Assembly: GCF_037042905.1 (NCBI RefSeq)
Contig: NC_087263.1
Coordinates: 9,178,001 to 9,242,000, forward strand
Direction of reading: 5' to 3'
Length of the DNA stretch: 64,000 nucleotides
DNA from: Lytechinus pictus
Taxonomy: Eukaryota
The position numbers and the translations under genes were made by a program. Within the stretch, counting starts at the first letter, position 1, and each line of letters starts with the position of its first letter. This document shows positions 25,751-39,620 of the stretch, one piece after another. A model generated the notes under the pieces. The model had not been told where the DNA came from. It saw only the letters and a list, made by a program, of their open reading frames with translations, and made no database searches.

Positions 25751-25844
25751 AGCTGGACTGAATTTATATACGAAAGGATCACCAGTTGTTCTTAAAGTTG
25801 CTCTTAACTTTACGAACAGCTTTATGAAACACCCACCTGGGATG

Positions 25845-25952
25845 GGTGCAGCACAATGTTAAAAAGTCCTCTGCTCAAGGAAAACATGCCATGGCTGAGG
25901 TTAGAACCCATGACCCTTTATTTGAAAGAGAGCACGAACCCCTAGACCATGA
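25845..25952 (-). mobile_element. Degenerate SINE 5' fragment
   Basis: Matches the reverse complement of the SINE head and core (gtgcagcacaatgt..gccatggctg). Confidence 0.65.
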
Positions 25953-27454
25953 TTCATAAACGATCATTATTTGACTGAACTAAGGTTTTCATACATAAAT
26001 CTTGAATCATCATTGTATGATGATTGCAGGCGTTCATGATTCTAATCATGTTCTAGTCTCGTTTTACACATGCGAAAAACTCGTCATTAGCCTTGTTTTT
26101 CACTGGAATCATCATTCAAATTACGATTTTTTTTTCAAGGGCGGTAAGTGATACAAGTATCAGCAAAGGACACCATTATCTCTATTCATGTCAACATTTT
26201 CTACTTCTGTCACCAAACAGACAACACCAAGTGCTAGTCCCCGACAACCCTTCATGCTAATTCAAAACCAGACAGTCTTCTCCATGTTACTTGCTCGATG
26301 CTTCTTTCGGATTCTGACAGGAAAATCGCTTAAGTGTCTTTTCTCTCTTCCCCCCCCCCCCCTGATTCTGCCATCACGAGAAACGGTGGAATGGGCCGAC
26401 AGCACGGCTGAGCATGAATATATAAGCAGCAAACCACATACATGCATGTCCACTAGACTAGGGGGAGCATTTCACGAAACAGGCAGTCAGTAACTTTCAC
26501 TGACAACTGTTATAAGCTACTGAAATCCTTGCATCTGATTGGCTGGGAGCAGATTTGTCAGTGAAAATGACTGACAAGATGCTTCATAAAACATCCCCCT
26601 TGATCTTGGAGGAAGACTCTCTCTCTCTCTTTCTCTCTTTCCTCATGGAGTTTAATTGCTTTTTTACTATAATTGTAATAATTGGGGCAGCATATTTAAA
26701 CATGTAATTACAGAGGAATTGCCCATCAATCCACGATTTCATTCCACAGCTACAAACCATCGAAGCAAATGGGTGCCTTGGGAAAATGTGAAAGGATGCA
26801 ATTGCGTTCACCTTCATTTGGGTGCATTAATTGGAGGAGAAAATTATCTATGAAATAAAGTGGGTTTTCAGAGCCCATTTCCAGTTTTAGAAGCAAAGTT
26901 CATTTATAGCAAAATTGACCAAACTTTAATAGTAATCTTGATGTAATTTGAAGAATTCTAAGTTAAATCGTCACCTTTGAACACAAAGCCCATACCATCA
27001 TGATTCCAGAGAAGTTTGGTACCCTGCCTTTAATTTAAAGTGTTGTGAAATTTTCATATCTAACTCAAACTGCCATTACCTGACATATTTGTTTGTTTGT
27101 TTTTATTTCCGTATATACATGTATTAAAAGAGATACAAGGAGTATCATATACATACATAATGAAATAAATTCTAAACATTGATTAAAAAAGAAAAGAAAA
27201 ATTAATGATTGAAACATGTTGAGAAAATTTAAAGATCAAACTTAAGACAAAAGACGGTTGGATAACCCATATTCAGCTGCACCAATTATATGTGCGGCTG
27301 GTCTTCCATGGGGACCAAAATATTGATTGCATCGTTAAGAAAAATTTAAGTACGTATATATGTAAAACAAGAATAATGCAGGTTGTATTAAAGGAATTTG
27401 TTATCAACACTGATTCACAGTTTCTTCATTCTACAATGTAGTTTGACCATTATA

Positions 27455-27700
27455 CACTGCAAAAAGGGTGTTTAACTCACTACACCACCAGTGTTACAGA
27501 GGGCTGCATCAAGCATTTTACACCAGAATGTGTTACAATAACATAATATATTCAGTGTTAGCTCAACACCTATATATGGTGTTATTGTAATACATTGTGT
27601 TTTTTGTTAACACTATTTGGTGTTATGTTTAACACCTAAGGGTGATGTCCTTTCAAAACACTTGACTGGTGTTGGTCTTAACACAATGAACTTTTAAGTG
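27455..27700. mobile_element. TA|CA...TG|TA MITE (Tc1/mariner-type ends)
   Basis: ta|cactgcaaaaag ... cttttaagtg|ta, with internal aacac/gtgtt repeats. Confidence 0.55.
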
Positions 27701-27922
27701 TATGGCAACATTTAATGAATGTAATGTATGTCCAAAAGAGGTTTTATGACATTTGCTCCAGAGACAACTGCCCTGATGAAAAATCTACATGTTAAAGCCA
27801 AGCATAAAATGTAACCTCCAAAACTTAATAAACCCTAATCCTTTATCTTTACATTATTCTGAGCCAAAAAATATATTACAATCCTAACTCTAACAACATG
27901 CACTTTGAGATATTAAGACCAG

Positions 27923-28093
27923 GTGGGTGTTTCATAAAGCTGTTCGTAAGTTAAGAGCGACTTCAAGAACGACTGGTAATCCTTTCTTGTGGTAAATGGT
28001 TTATTCATTGGCAATGGTTTCACGCGTAATAAATGTTCACCAGTCGTTCTTAAAGTCGCTCCTAACTTACGAACAGCTTTATGAAACGGCCCC
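27923..28093. mobile_element. Hairpin MITE with CAG TSD; partial copy at about 25775-25838
   Basis: gtttcataaagctgttcgtaagtta.gagcgac / gtcgctc.taacttacgaacagctttatgaaac. Confidence 0.85.
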
Positions 28094-28836
28094 CAGAGCA
28101 AATGTTCTGTCACCCCACATAAAAGGAGGCAACTATGGTGCTGTCACAGCTTATGATAATAATAATAATAATAATAGGCATTTATGAAGTGCCATCTATC
28201 TAGAAATATTCTATTCCTAGGCACGTTGTTATTATCATTATTACCCCAGCTTAGATGATTAAGATCTCAATTGCAAGCAAGCCAATTTTGGCGACCACAT
28301 GATGCATAACAAACACACCCTTTTTAGCATTTCATGCGCGATCTACCCCCCCAAAAAAAAAAAAAAATCACTTGTGCACGGTAGCGTTTTATTTGAACAA
28401 ATTATCTGTGAAAGACATGATTTTATGGTGACAAACTGTATGGTCGCTTGAAAATGATTGAAGAGAACAAAGCAAGGACAAAGAGAATAGAAATAACTGC
28501 AGAATACTAACGAACATTTACAATACTTGTTCAGCATTAGAGCATCAACCAGCATAATTGAGGAGAATTCAAGATTGAAGATAATTGAAGAAAACAAAAC
28601 AACGAGACAGAGAAGAGAAATGCATGAAGCATACTAGGAAACGACAATCAATTGTTCAGTATTAGAGCATCAACCAGCAAATTTTCCTGGCATTCTTTTT
28701 TTCTTTCATCCCAAATAAAAATGAACGTCTAGGGTTGCAGAATACCCAGCATAAAGCGGGATAGCCAGATTTTGCGAAAAGCCTTCCATTTCAATCTTGA
28801 AACAAAGAGCTAGGAAAGACAGCGAGACCTAAAAAA

Positions 28837-29804
28837 AACAAGTGGAATGCCTCTGGCCGTCTCACCTGCATCACGCGATTCAATATAGCAGCAGTGCTGA
28901 TTTTGAAAACTACTATAACTCGCACAAGATGTTCAGTGATACTTGGTTACTCTTATTTCCACGTTTTATGAACTAGACCAATACACTTATAGAGATATGA
29001 TGGCAATTCAACAAATACCCCCAACGTGGCCAAAGTTCTTTGACCTTACATGACCTTTGACCTTGATCATGTGACCTGAAACTCGCACAGGATGTTCAGT
29101 GATACTTGATTACTATTATGTCCAAGTTTTATGAACTAGACCAACACACTTTCAAATTTATGGCTGTAATTCAACAAATACCCCAATTTGGCCAAAGTTC
29201 ATTGACCCTAAATGACCTTTGACCTTGATCATGTGACCTGAAACTTGTACAGGATGTTCAGTAATACTTGATTACTATTATGTCCAAGTTTCATGAATCA
29301 GATCCATAAACTTTCAAAGTTATGATGGTAATTCAACAGATACCCCCAATTCGGCCAAAGTTCATTGACCCTAAATGACCTTTGACCTTGGTCATGTGAC
29401 GTGAAACTCATGCAGGATGTTCAGTGATACTTGATTAACCTTATGTATAAGTTTCATGAACTAGGTCCATATATTTTCTAAGTTATGATGACATTTCAAA
29501 AACTTAACCTTAGGTTAAGATTTTGATGTTGATTCCCCCAACATGGTCTAAGTTCATTGACCCTAAATGACCCTAAATGACCTTTGACCTTGGTCATGTG
29601 ACATGAAACTCAGGCAGGATGTTCAGTAATACTTGATTAACCTTATGGCCAAGTTTCATGAACTAGGTCCATATACTTTCTAAGTTATGCTGTCATTTCA
29701 AAAACTTAACCTCAGGTTAAGATTTGGTGTTGACGCCGCCGTCGCCGCCGCCGTCGGAAAAGCGGCGCCTATAGTCTCACTCTGCTATGCAGGTGAGACA
29801 AAAA
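28837..29804. mobile_element. Helentron/HINE (DINE-1-like) non-autonomous element with a ~163-bp tandem core, about 5 units
   Basis: Subterminal IR gtctcacctgcat (28859) / atgcaggtgagac (29787), adjacent internal IR, (GCC)n microsatellite, and insertion in an A-run without a clear TSD. Confidence 0.75.
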
Positions 29805-30969
29805 CCAGCACTGCGGATGCAACTTGGTGAATCCCTTTTATATTTACTCGGGCAGACGACGTAATCTGTCCTCCTAACAGTCACATCGCCTAGGTAACCG
29901 AGTAATTGACAGAGCAAATTGATGTAACTTAAAACTCAAGCTGCTATTCAGTGGGTTGTAATGTATCATGCCGGTCGCCGATGCACCGAGAGCTCTTTCT
30001 CTCCGGAACAGCATTCCATGAAACAAATAGGCACCAAGTATTGTTACAAGCTACTGAAATCCATGCATCTGATTGGCTAGGAGCAAGTTAGTGAGTCCAA
30101 ATCACTGACAAAAATCCCCATGAAAAGCTCCCCAGAATCAACCATCTCCTCTTTTTTTCTGCATTTCAATTTTTTCTGCATTTCATTTTCTCCTCTGATT
30201 TTTCAGGGCTTTTTTTCTCAGTGGCTGCATTTTTTTCCTGCTATTCAAGAAGCTCAGATTTCAGATCCATGCAGTTACTCTCTACTTAGATCTGCTTGAC
30301 TCTTGTTTTCTTCTCTTTTTTTTAGCTTTGAACCACCAATGACAGATTATTCCTATCTTTTACATGGTGTTCTTACAATTCTTATTCTTGAAGAAGACTC
30401 TTGATTTGGACAGTCCTCTAGGGGATGGTTTCTGTCTGTTCCTTTAGTTACAAATGCTTTTTTATGATGTTGAAAGCCAAATAGACTTTTTAATCATTAC
30501 TTAGGACATCAGCTGAAATTGAAATAAAGAAATTAATTATTCTCACTGTACATTTAAGTGTAAACCAAACACAAATTAGCCAAAGATTTTAGAAGAAAAA
30601 AAATCTTACAAGGGCAATGATAGTTTAAACATCATATTTGGTGCTTCATACACTTGTCAGTAGTCAAGTAATCCGAAATTAAAGAGCAATGTGATCTGGT
30701 TAGGTATTTGAGTTTGCTTATATCTTCACTCTAAGTCTAAATACAAATTTTCATTGTGATATAAACTTATAAAAATGTTTCGTCATATCCAGGCATTCCT
30801 GTCTAAAAATATCATAACAATTGTTTGTAAGTATTGTTTTGCCGAATTTCAATTTTGTTTTGTACAGTTTCGTACTAAACATTGCATTTTGCTCATCTTG
30901 GTTTATGGAATGTTTATGTGATGAATCAAACATGTCTAATATTTTTTCAAGATTCAATGAAGTGTTTAA

Positions 30970-31565
30970 AGGACAAGTCCATCCCGAAAAAAAGTTGATT
31001 TGAATAAAAAGAGATGAATCCAACAAGCACAACACTGAAAATTTCATCAAAATCGGATGTAAAATAAGAAAGTTATGACATTTTAAAGTTTCGCTTAATT
31101 TTACAAAATAGTTAAAAGCACATTCCAGTCAGTATGCAAATGAGGGAACTGATGACATCACTCACTCACTATTTCTTTTGAATTTTATTATATGAAATAT
31201 TCTAATTTTCTCCTCATTATCCTGTGAAACAAAGTTTTATTTTGCCCTGAACATGTGGAATTACCATTGTTTAACATTTTATGGTTCAGTCAAGTTGGTC
31301 CTTATTGTCAAATCTGTAAAAATTGAAATATTGTATAATTCAAACAATAAAAAACAAAAGAAATAGTGAGTGATGGACATCATCGACTGTCTCATTTGCA
31401 TGCAACTGAGTTGTGCATATCACTGTTTTGTGAAAAATAAGTGGAACTTAAAAATGTCATAACTTTCTTATTTTACTTCCGATTTTGATGAAATTTTCAG
31501 CGTTATGCTTCTCTTATTTTTCTCTATTGATTCAAATCAAAATTTTTCTGAGGTGGACTTGACCT
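30970..31565 (+). mobile_element. Kolobok-like MITE, family C; partial copies at 40590-40997 and 54015-54322
   Basis: TTAA|aggacaagtcca ... tggacttgacct, with long imperfect inverted arms. Confidence 0.85.
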
Positions 31566-31701
31566 TCAATAATGGACTATCTTTCAAACATCAAAAACTT
31601 GCAAAAGTGTAGCCAACAGCTATAATATTTTGCATCTATCAATACTTAACACATTTTACCTATGAAATCAGACTTAGATATGAACTTTTTTTGCTCAACA
31701 G

Positions 31702-32131
31702 GGCCCCGTCTCACAAAGAGTTATGATTGATCCGACTAACCTCAAGTTTATGGAAATCCATCAACATCATAATTTTTTCATCAGAAAATTTGCATGTCCT
31801 TTGTAAACAAAGAGAAGCACACTGAATTTTCAAGAAAACTATGAATTTATGAAATATACATCATACCTAGAAAAATATTTTGAAAACAAATATGCATTTT
31901 ATATGTTGATGTTGCTGGCTTTCCATGGTTGCGATTGATCGGAAATTGGATCAATCGCAACTCTTTGTAAGACGGGGCCCAGGGCCCCGTTGTACAAAGA
32001 GTTACGATTGATCCAAGCAATCACAACTATGGAAAGCCAGCAAAGTCAACATATAAAATGCTTGTTCAAAAAAATTCTAGATATGAATCCATATCCATAA
32101 ATTCATTGATTTCTGTTTGTACAACAGGGCC
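31702..32131. mobile_element. Two abutting MITEs (31702-31979 and 31983-32131) with CAG TSDs
   Basis: CAG|ggcccc..ggggcc|CAG|ggcccc..gggcc|CAG. Confidence 0.85.
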
Positions 32132-33182
32132 CAGGTGTATTATGACAATCTATCAATCTAGTTCTACCTGACATTGAATTCAAACTTTGAATTACCAAAA
32201 ACTGAATAAATAAATTTATGAAATACATGTAAATTGAAACACACCATCACTTTCAAGATACATATATCCAGGTTGCTCTATATTATCCTTCCTTATCATA
32301 TCATCCAACAAACTTGCATTAAATCCTCAATTTCTAGTGCATAAAATCCTTGCATAATACCTCGAGGCAAATTTCATTTTTGAGAAATGTCAGAAAAACA
32401 GAATGATATCATTTGTCAAATTGGACTTTTCATCATAATGACATTTACATCAGGACAGTTTATTTCAAGATTGGCAGAGAACTTAGTGATAATGCGTACA
32501 TCAAAAGCAAGCAAAGAAGCTTTAAAAAAATGCAATTAGCAAGCGATTGCTACGCCGTCATAGACTTGTCATATAAAGCTGCAGGGCAATATATTAAACA
32601 CCATTTGCTGAAACTGTGAAATGTAAATGTAATCATGACATTCCAGAATCTTCAATCAATCAATCATTCCTCACTCTTAGAGAAAGATATAAGGAAAAAT
32701 TAATTAATTGAAGAATTTATTAATTGCCACAAATAGTGAAGAAAAATTAATCTAGTTTAGACTAGGGTAAACCTAGGTTTAATTATCAGAATAACATCCA
32801 CAGGCCCGTATTCTGAAGTCAGGTATAACCTGGGCGATGGTCTAACTCTGTGCTAAAATTATGGGAAGCCAAAAGTGTCAAAATTTGTATTGCATTGTAT
32901 GTTTTTTATGTTTACTCTGCTCTTTCCTGGTTCCTTGATTGTGAAGACAATTATCTATTCATAGTTCCTAGACAATTGAGAATGATTTGAGAGTCAAATG
33001 AGCTGAAATATCATATCTCTACTGTTAGTGATTTATGTCACAATTGGCTTTCCATACTTAAACCACACCTATAAACCTGAGTTTAAAGTAAACCCGACTT
33101 CAGAATACCATCCACAGTGTTTACAAAGTATTTCCCACAACATTTATTGTGGAAGGCAGTATCCACTCTGAGACATAACTTA

Positions 33183-33692
33183 GGGTGCGTTCAATGTCAA
33201 TTTTCAAATTTAAACAGGAACATGAATCATGATTGAAAACTCAATTACAAATCACCGAACACAAACACAATCAGCGGTGCACTGTTCAGTGTCGAAATAT
33301 AAACCCGTTTACATGTTGATCGTCTTTAAATTTCGTTAATGCAGCTTTAGTGTGCAGTTTGACCCATCACAAGAAAGGTCAGTTATGGCAGCTGTTTGTG
33401 TAGGCTACCACTGCGAGAGCAAATATATAGACTTTTCAAAACTCAATTGTGTTCAATGTCGCATTCGCGATGCTCAAGGTGGTAAAATTTGAGCTGATCG
33501 CGTTATCAAACACATCTTTTTCGACGTTTAAATTTCCTCCCAATCATGATTTGAAAGATGTTTATTTTAAAGATGGGAATAGAGGACATTGAACACACCC
33601 TTTGTTTCTCATTATATCCACGTTTTGTAATCATGTTTTCAATCATTATCCATGTTGCCGTTTAAAATTGGAAACCGACATAGAACACACCC
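33183..33692. mobile_element. Harbinger-like MITE (TTA TSD)
   Basis: TTA|gggtgcgttcaatgtc ... gacatagaacacaccc|TTA. Confidence 0.8.
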
Positions 33693-34454
33693 TTAAATTA
33701 CCGACATATGAATTGAGAATGAGAAAGGAAGAAATCTATTATCTACAAGATTGGACTCATGAGAGAATTCAATAAAGAAGTCGATTCATTTCCGATCCTG
33801 AAATGAAAAGCAAACTCCGGCAAGCTGGCTGGGGAGAGAGTGAGTGGGAGGCTGAGGCCGAGATGCGTATAGGCGTCAAATAGCACTATTACATTACTTT
33901 CGCTACCAGTCTGTAATGTGATAAGCAATAGGCGAGTGTCAATGCGATGTTGAAGGCATTAAGTATCTGTCATCGTAGTGCGTGTAAGTGCCTTCCAATC
34001 GTTAGCGTTCATCTTCCAGATGCTAATTAGCATGGTTTTTTTTTCTAACATTAAAGGGAGTGATCAGTATTAAGTTATACTCTCAATTACATGGATTTAA
34101 AATAAAATCAAGATTGACAATGAATTGTGACTAGTCAAGAAACACGGGGTTTAATTTGAATCCTAAAGATTTATTTGTTCAATCTCTAAGGATTTCAATT
34201 CAAAACTTAAAGTTTTGACATCAAATTCGTGCAGATTTAATCTAAATCCAGTGTTGGTGTCAAACTATTCACAGTCATTATGGATTTATTCTAAATTTAT
34301 GGAATTTAGAGAGCATATTGACGAATAATGCTAATTACTTTGTTTTTTTGAAAGGGGGTTGTACCAGAGTACCTATAAAATCATAAATGTGCGTCAGTGG
34401 TATCTATAAAATACTAGCCTCCATAAACGCTACTCTATAAGTCTTCAGCTTCAA

Positions 34455-34812
34455 AGATAAATACCAGTTGTGGTAACGATCACAAAATGAGTTTGAACAG
34501 AATCCAATAAAATTACCACCCAAGTGTTTGTATGTATAAATAACAAATATGTGCCAAGTGGCTCTGGAAGAAAATGTGTAATTGCTGAGAAATGAGCAAA
34601 ATCAACACTGAATTCCATCAAATGTCAGGTATTTTTTCTAAGCAATATTAATGCATTGTCCCACAGATGCTCTTCTGTGATAGTGATCATCAGAATTATC
34701 GATTTTGAGCTGAAGATTTCATGATTTCACAAAGATAAGTTTACATTCATGTATCAGATCTAGACAAATAATATGGTGACAATTAATCTTGATTTTACAG
34801 ACTTTCCCATGA
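34455..34812 (+). mobile_element. Kolobok-like MITE family B, 3'-truncated
   Basis: Colinear with 22646-23040. Confidence 0.8.
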
Positions 34813-35223
34813 AATAATGAAATCTTTTACATTTAATAGGTCCCCCAAATACCATTATTCCAATTCAAAATATAAACATATAATGCATACATTAAAGCAG
34901 TTATGATGTAGGAGAGGGTATAGAATAAGAATGTGTTTTACAGGATAAATTTTGCAATTTTAAATATTTATTTTGAGTGCCCGACAAAAATGAAACATCT
35001 GTATATTGGTATTTTTTCAAAGAAATAAACCTTTTCTAGAGCAAGAAGTGGGCTGAAAATAGCACAATTTAGGGCCTCATATCTATCTGTAGTTCAGATT
35101 TCTGAAATCCATTGAATATGTAAGACAAATGTTCAAAGAGCCATCTTTTTAAAGAAATTGTTTTTTTCAAACAGTGAGAGGGCCTTTGAATATTGCTGTG
35201 AATTGACAGTTGAAAGTTTGTGT

Positions 35224-35505
35224 GGGTGTCCTGATCTAGTGGTTACGAATCTCATCTTTAAATCAGAGGGGCGTGGATTCGAATCCAAGCCATGATGTGT
35301 TTTCCTTCAGCAAGAAATTTACCCATATCGTGCTGCACTCAACCCAGGTGAGGTGAATCCATGGGTACCCGGCACGATCAATTCCTTTCATACACCAAGC
35401 GCCTTTAGCAGCTGGAGCTATAAATCAGCTAAAGCAGGGTAATATATAGTGCGCCAATGAATAGGCAACTAGATAATCGGCGCCTTATAAATGCTGTATA
35501 TTATC
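35224..35505 (+). mobile_element. tRNA-derived SINE
   Basis: A/B boxes and the core gtgctgcactcaacccaggtgagg. Confidence 0.8.
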
Positions 35506-36324
35506 TTTTAAAATTCAACTTCTTTTAAACTTCTGAAGATAGGCACATTGGATGATGAATTTGATTCACAATATTGATCCTTTACAAGAGCTTTAGCCAG
35601 ACTTCAAGGAAAGAAGACAGATTTTCAAGGTAATAACAGAAAGAAAACTTATCATTTAACTTCAGATATTTCATAAATTCAGACATTTTGGATTTTCTTT
35701 ACAGTGAAAACCCCTTTAAATATACTCAGTGACTGGAGGGCTAAGACTAGCCATTTCTTATAAAACAATTTACTCCTAACGACTTGCATTTGCGCTTAAA
35801 GCTTGCAAATAAAAGCTGAAAACTTCCCAATCAAGCATCTTCCAACAAATTATTCCTGTTCAGACTACAAAATATCAATTTATACAGAAATGTTCTGTAA
35901 AGCTAACAAAGAGATATTAAGAGCAAATACAACAAATAATTATGAGACAGGAATTACAAGAAAGCTAAGGAATCATCCAGGCACATTAATGATCTGGCAT
36001 TTTAATGATTTGCCCCATTCAGACACGCAACTCTTATACCAAACAACATTTTAGACAAGTGACTTGTTCATTCTTTTGTCTGAAATGACTAATACGTAAA
36101 TGGATCATCAAGTGTTCATTTTTTAGAAAACATTCAGACCAAACAAAAAGGCAACTCATATTCATTCTCCAGAAAAGATATACGATTCTCATATCTGTAA
36201 TGCGGTATATAATGGCAGTCTGAAAGTCTTATCCGGAACATCATTGACCATGATGGTAAGAACAAGAGACACTTTGCACACCTGAGCTCATGAAAATAAT
36301 ATTATCCACTCAAGGTCATTTCAC

Positions 36325-36684
36325 CAATTTCAACTACAGGGTATTCCAACACTTTACTACTACAGGGTATTTCAACAATTTTCTACTACAGGGTACTTCA
36401 ACAATTTACAACTACAATGTATTTCAACAATTTTCTACTACATGTACAGGGTACTCCAACAATTTTCTACTACAGGGTATTTCAACAATTTTCAACTGCA
36501 GGGTATTTCAACAATTTTCTACTACAGGATAGTCACACAATTTTCAACTTCATGATATTTCAACAATTTACTACTTCAGGATAGTCCAACACTTTACTAC
36601 TACAGGGTATTTCAACAATTTTATACTATAGGGTATTCCAACAGTTTTCTACTACAGGGTATTTCAACAATTTTCTACTACAGG
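36325..36684. repeat. Minisatellite with a ~28-bp unit (ctactacagggtatttcaacaatttt), about 12 copies
   Basis: Direct inspection. Confidence 0.9.
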
Positions 36685-37947
36685 AAATATACAAATATAT
36701 AACCTAAATGCCTCCCTGTATCTTTATGGATGACTAACTTGCATTCTTAATTTTCTCATTTAGATTGGTATCATCTTTGGGATTTACTTCACAGAAAACA
36801 TGTCAAGGATTCAAAGTTATTTGCATGTCATGTTTATCTACTCACAAGTATCAAATTACATGTAGTTGTTTGGTGTATAATGCATGTATCAAATCAATAC
36901 AAATCAGGGCAACCATTGTCCTGCATTTTCATTCGTCCTACAACCCTGTTGACCTTCCAAGACACCCAAATAAGAACATTGTAATTTTTATATTAAAAGT
37001 GGCTGTATTTCATTTTCACTGGGTAAATCGTGTAGGCTATACTGTAAATCTACCTTGGAGTGCACCACTAGCTTTTCAAAGCCAAAATCTGAGAACAAGA
37101 GACAAGAATCATTTTGACTGAAAGGTGGAATATTTTCACCGGAAAAAATTTGCTAAACAATTTTGAATTAGCAAAGCTATTTGCCTAATCTCTTTCAAGA
37201 ATGGTTGGCTCCTCGCAATGTAGAATTTTGTGGAGCTTCCAAAATTTAAGTTTCTTCTTTTTACCTTTTGGGCCTGATATTAGCATCGTAATATGATGAA
37301 AAGTGTCCCTCATTTAAAAATTTATAAACAAATATACTCAAACGATCTGTAATAAACTATGTTTGCATTTTACGTTCAGCCATGTGCAATTGAACAACTG
37401 GACTGTCCGGAGTTATTTCTTTTGTTGATATTCTGATGTTCTTGGCATCCAAATGCCAGCTTCGGGAACTAACCCTCCCTGATCAATAATTCAAAATAAC
37501 TTGACGGCTTTCCAGCACTGCGTTGGAACCTACGGAAAGTCACGATTGCCACTAAAGAAACTTATTGATTTGTGAGACCGCAGTGACGTCACCTACACTT
37601 GGCGAGACAATGAAAGAAGGTGATCAATACCCGATTACTATACAACGCCAGGGACAGTTTTAATCTTGCTGGCATTATGACAAAAGAAGAATCAACAATA
37701 AATGGAGAATGGTAGTCCATTCATGCTTTTATCGGCTATGGAACTTGTGTAGTAAACAAAACTCTTGAAGAGGCCCAATTTGTGTCTGCTGTTTTCTAGG
37801 ATTTTTTATTTTTTGGCAATTCTCTTAACAATTAACACCAGAGAAAGCGCAATATTAGTTGATGGCAAGATAATCTGTTATTACTGGTTAGCTTTTATCC
37901 TATCCTTTTTAGCACTTTATCTTTCTTCCTTCTTTTATCTTTACATT

Positions 37948-38183
37948 GGGTGATTTCAAGTCAGGTGGTGGCCTTGGTGTCGGTGTTGAAATTTAGATTG
38001 CTTCCCCTATAGCTCCAAAACTTATTCAAAATTTGTAAAACTGATCGAAATCACATTATTGACATCTCAACAACTAGTGAGTGACTTTTCAAGACCACCT
38101 TCATTTCATGTTTGGTGTTATAATCGTGTAAAATTTGACCTAACACCAACACCAAAAGATCAACACTGAACTTGAAATCACCC
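37948..38183. mobile_element. MITE with 3-bp ATT TSD
   Basis: ATT|gggtgatttcaagt ... acttgaaatcaccc|ATT. Confidence 0.85.
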
Positions 38184-38292
38184 ATTGGGTTCCAATTGAA
38201 ACAAGCTACACTCTGTTAGCACAGCAATCACAAGTAACATTACATGTAGATCGCACATCTGAATCAGGGCTTGTGTAAGATGCCAAAGCAAA

Positions 38293-38712
38293 GGTAAATT
38301 GCTAATTCGTCCACTGCCAACTCGTCCACTCACCACATAGTCTACTTTCATTTTAGTCTAATGCCATTCCATCTATCAACATTTCGTCCAACAACCATTT
38401 GGTCCAATAACCATTTCATCCAATCATCACTTCGTCTAATCACCATTTCATCTAGGACCATATCATCTCATAACCAGTTGGTCTAATATCCATTTCGATT
38501 TCATTCATTTTCCACAATTAACACTTAGTCAAATTAGACGAAGTGGTATATGGACTAAATGGCTATTGGACAATCTGGTTATTAGATGAAATGGTGAGTG
38601 GACGAAATGGCAATTAGATCATGTGGATAGAAGACAAATTGATGGTAGACCAAATGATTCTAGACGAGTTGGAAATTGGACGAATTGGCATTGGACCAAA
38701 TGAAAATAAACC
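38293..38712. mobile_element. Foldback-like MITE (cgtcca/tggacg repeats)
   Basis: ggtaaatt..aattcgtcca / tggacgaatt..ggaccaaatgaaaataaacc, flanked by a ~62-bp direct duplication. Confidence 0.75.
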
Positions 38713-38719
38713 TCACAAG

Positions 38720-39031
38720 TAATAATAATGATAATAATATACAGTTCTTGTATAGCGCATATCACATTATGAATAATGTCTCTATGCGCTTCCAAAGGAC
38801 TTGGATATTATTACCCCAGCTGTAGCTTGGCAGCCATATATTACTAAGATTACAGCGCACACGCATTTCAAGGAATAAATTCCTGCCAGGTACCCATTCA
38901 CCTCACCTGGGTTGAGTGCAGCACAATGTGGATGAATTTCTTGCTGAAGAAAATTACGCCATGGCTGGGATTCGAGCCTACGACCCTCTGTTTCAAAGTC
39001 AGAAGACTAATCCACCGGGCCACAATGCTCC
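38720..39031 (-). mobile_element. Full-length tRNA-derived SINE (Gln-like head)
   Basis: Reverse complement of the 12129 and 58657 copies; (TTA)n tail and gtaa at both junctions. Confidence 0.9.
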
Positions 39032-39328
39032 GTAACATTACACGTAGATCGCACATCTGAATCAGACAGGGCTTGTGTAAGATGCTAAAGCTATTAAGAG
39101 CCCAGGGTGCCCACCTTTTCTGCCTTGCTGAACCAGAAATTTATCCATTACTGATGGTTCTCAGGTGATTAAAAAAAAATGCCTCACACATAGAGTGAGG
39201 GCCGATCTGAATGCTCCTTATTATCACAAGAAACAACTGATTGCCAATAATGATCTGCAACTATTCACAAAACCTGTTCTTATCTGCTTTCTTGAACTGG
39301 TTTTCCTTAAAACAATTTTCAAAACCAG

Positions 39329-39620
39329 TTTTGATTTGATTTGATTTATTGTTTTTCTTCTGCATCCATGGAACATTCGTATAATACATTTTCCATAACA
39401 TAATAAACATAATATGTTAGCATTTTTGGCATGAATCATAAATAAATTGTAGTAAAAAAAAAATAATAATTCCAGACAAAAATGATTAACTACCAAATTA
39501 TTATATGATATTCACCATTTGCAGGAGGATTGTCATCATAAGCAGATTGCTTGCAATCCCAAACTAAAACTAATTAAATTAATTAATACGTTTATAAAGC
39601 AGAATGGGCATATATTTTTA
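39329..39620 (-). mobile_element. Probable LINE 3' UTR fragment; similar fragments at about 27087-27330 and 45870-46250
   Basis: On the minus strand: AATAAA plus (ATCAA)n tail and an aagc..gctt stem-loop. Confidence 0.45.

Noticed and set aside
25283..25862. Poly-Met and poly-Ile ORFs
   Set aside because: Microsatellite artefacts.
36325..36684. CRISPR-like array
   Set aside because: Contiguous minisatellite units without unique spacers, in a eukaryotic context with no cas genes.
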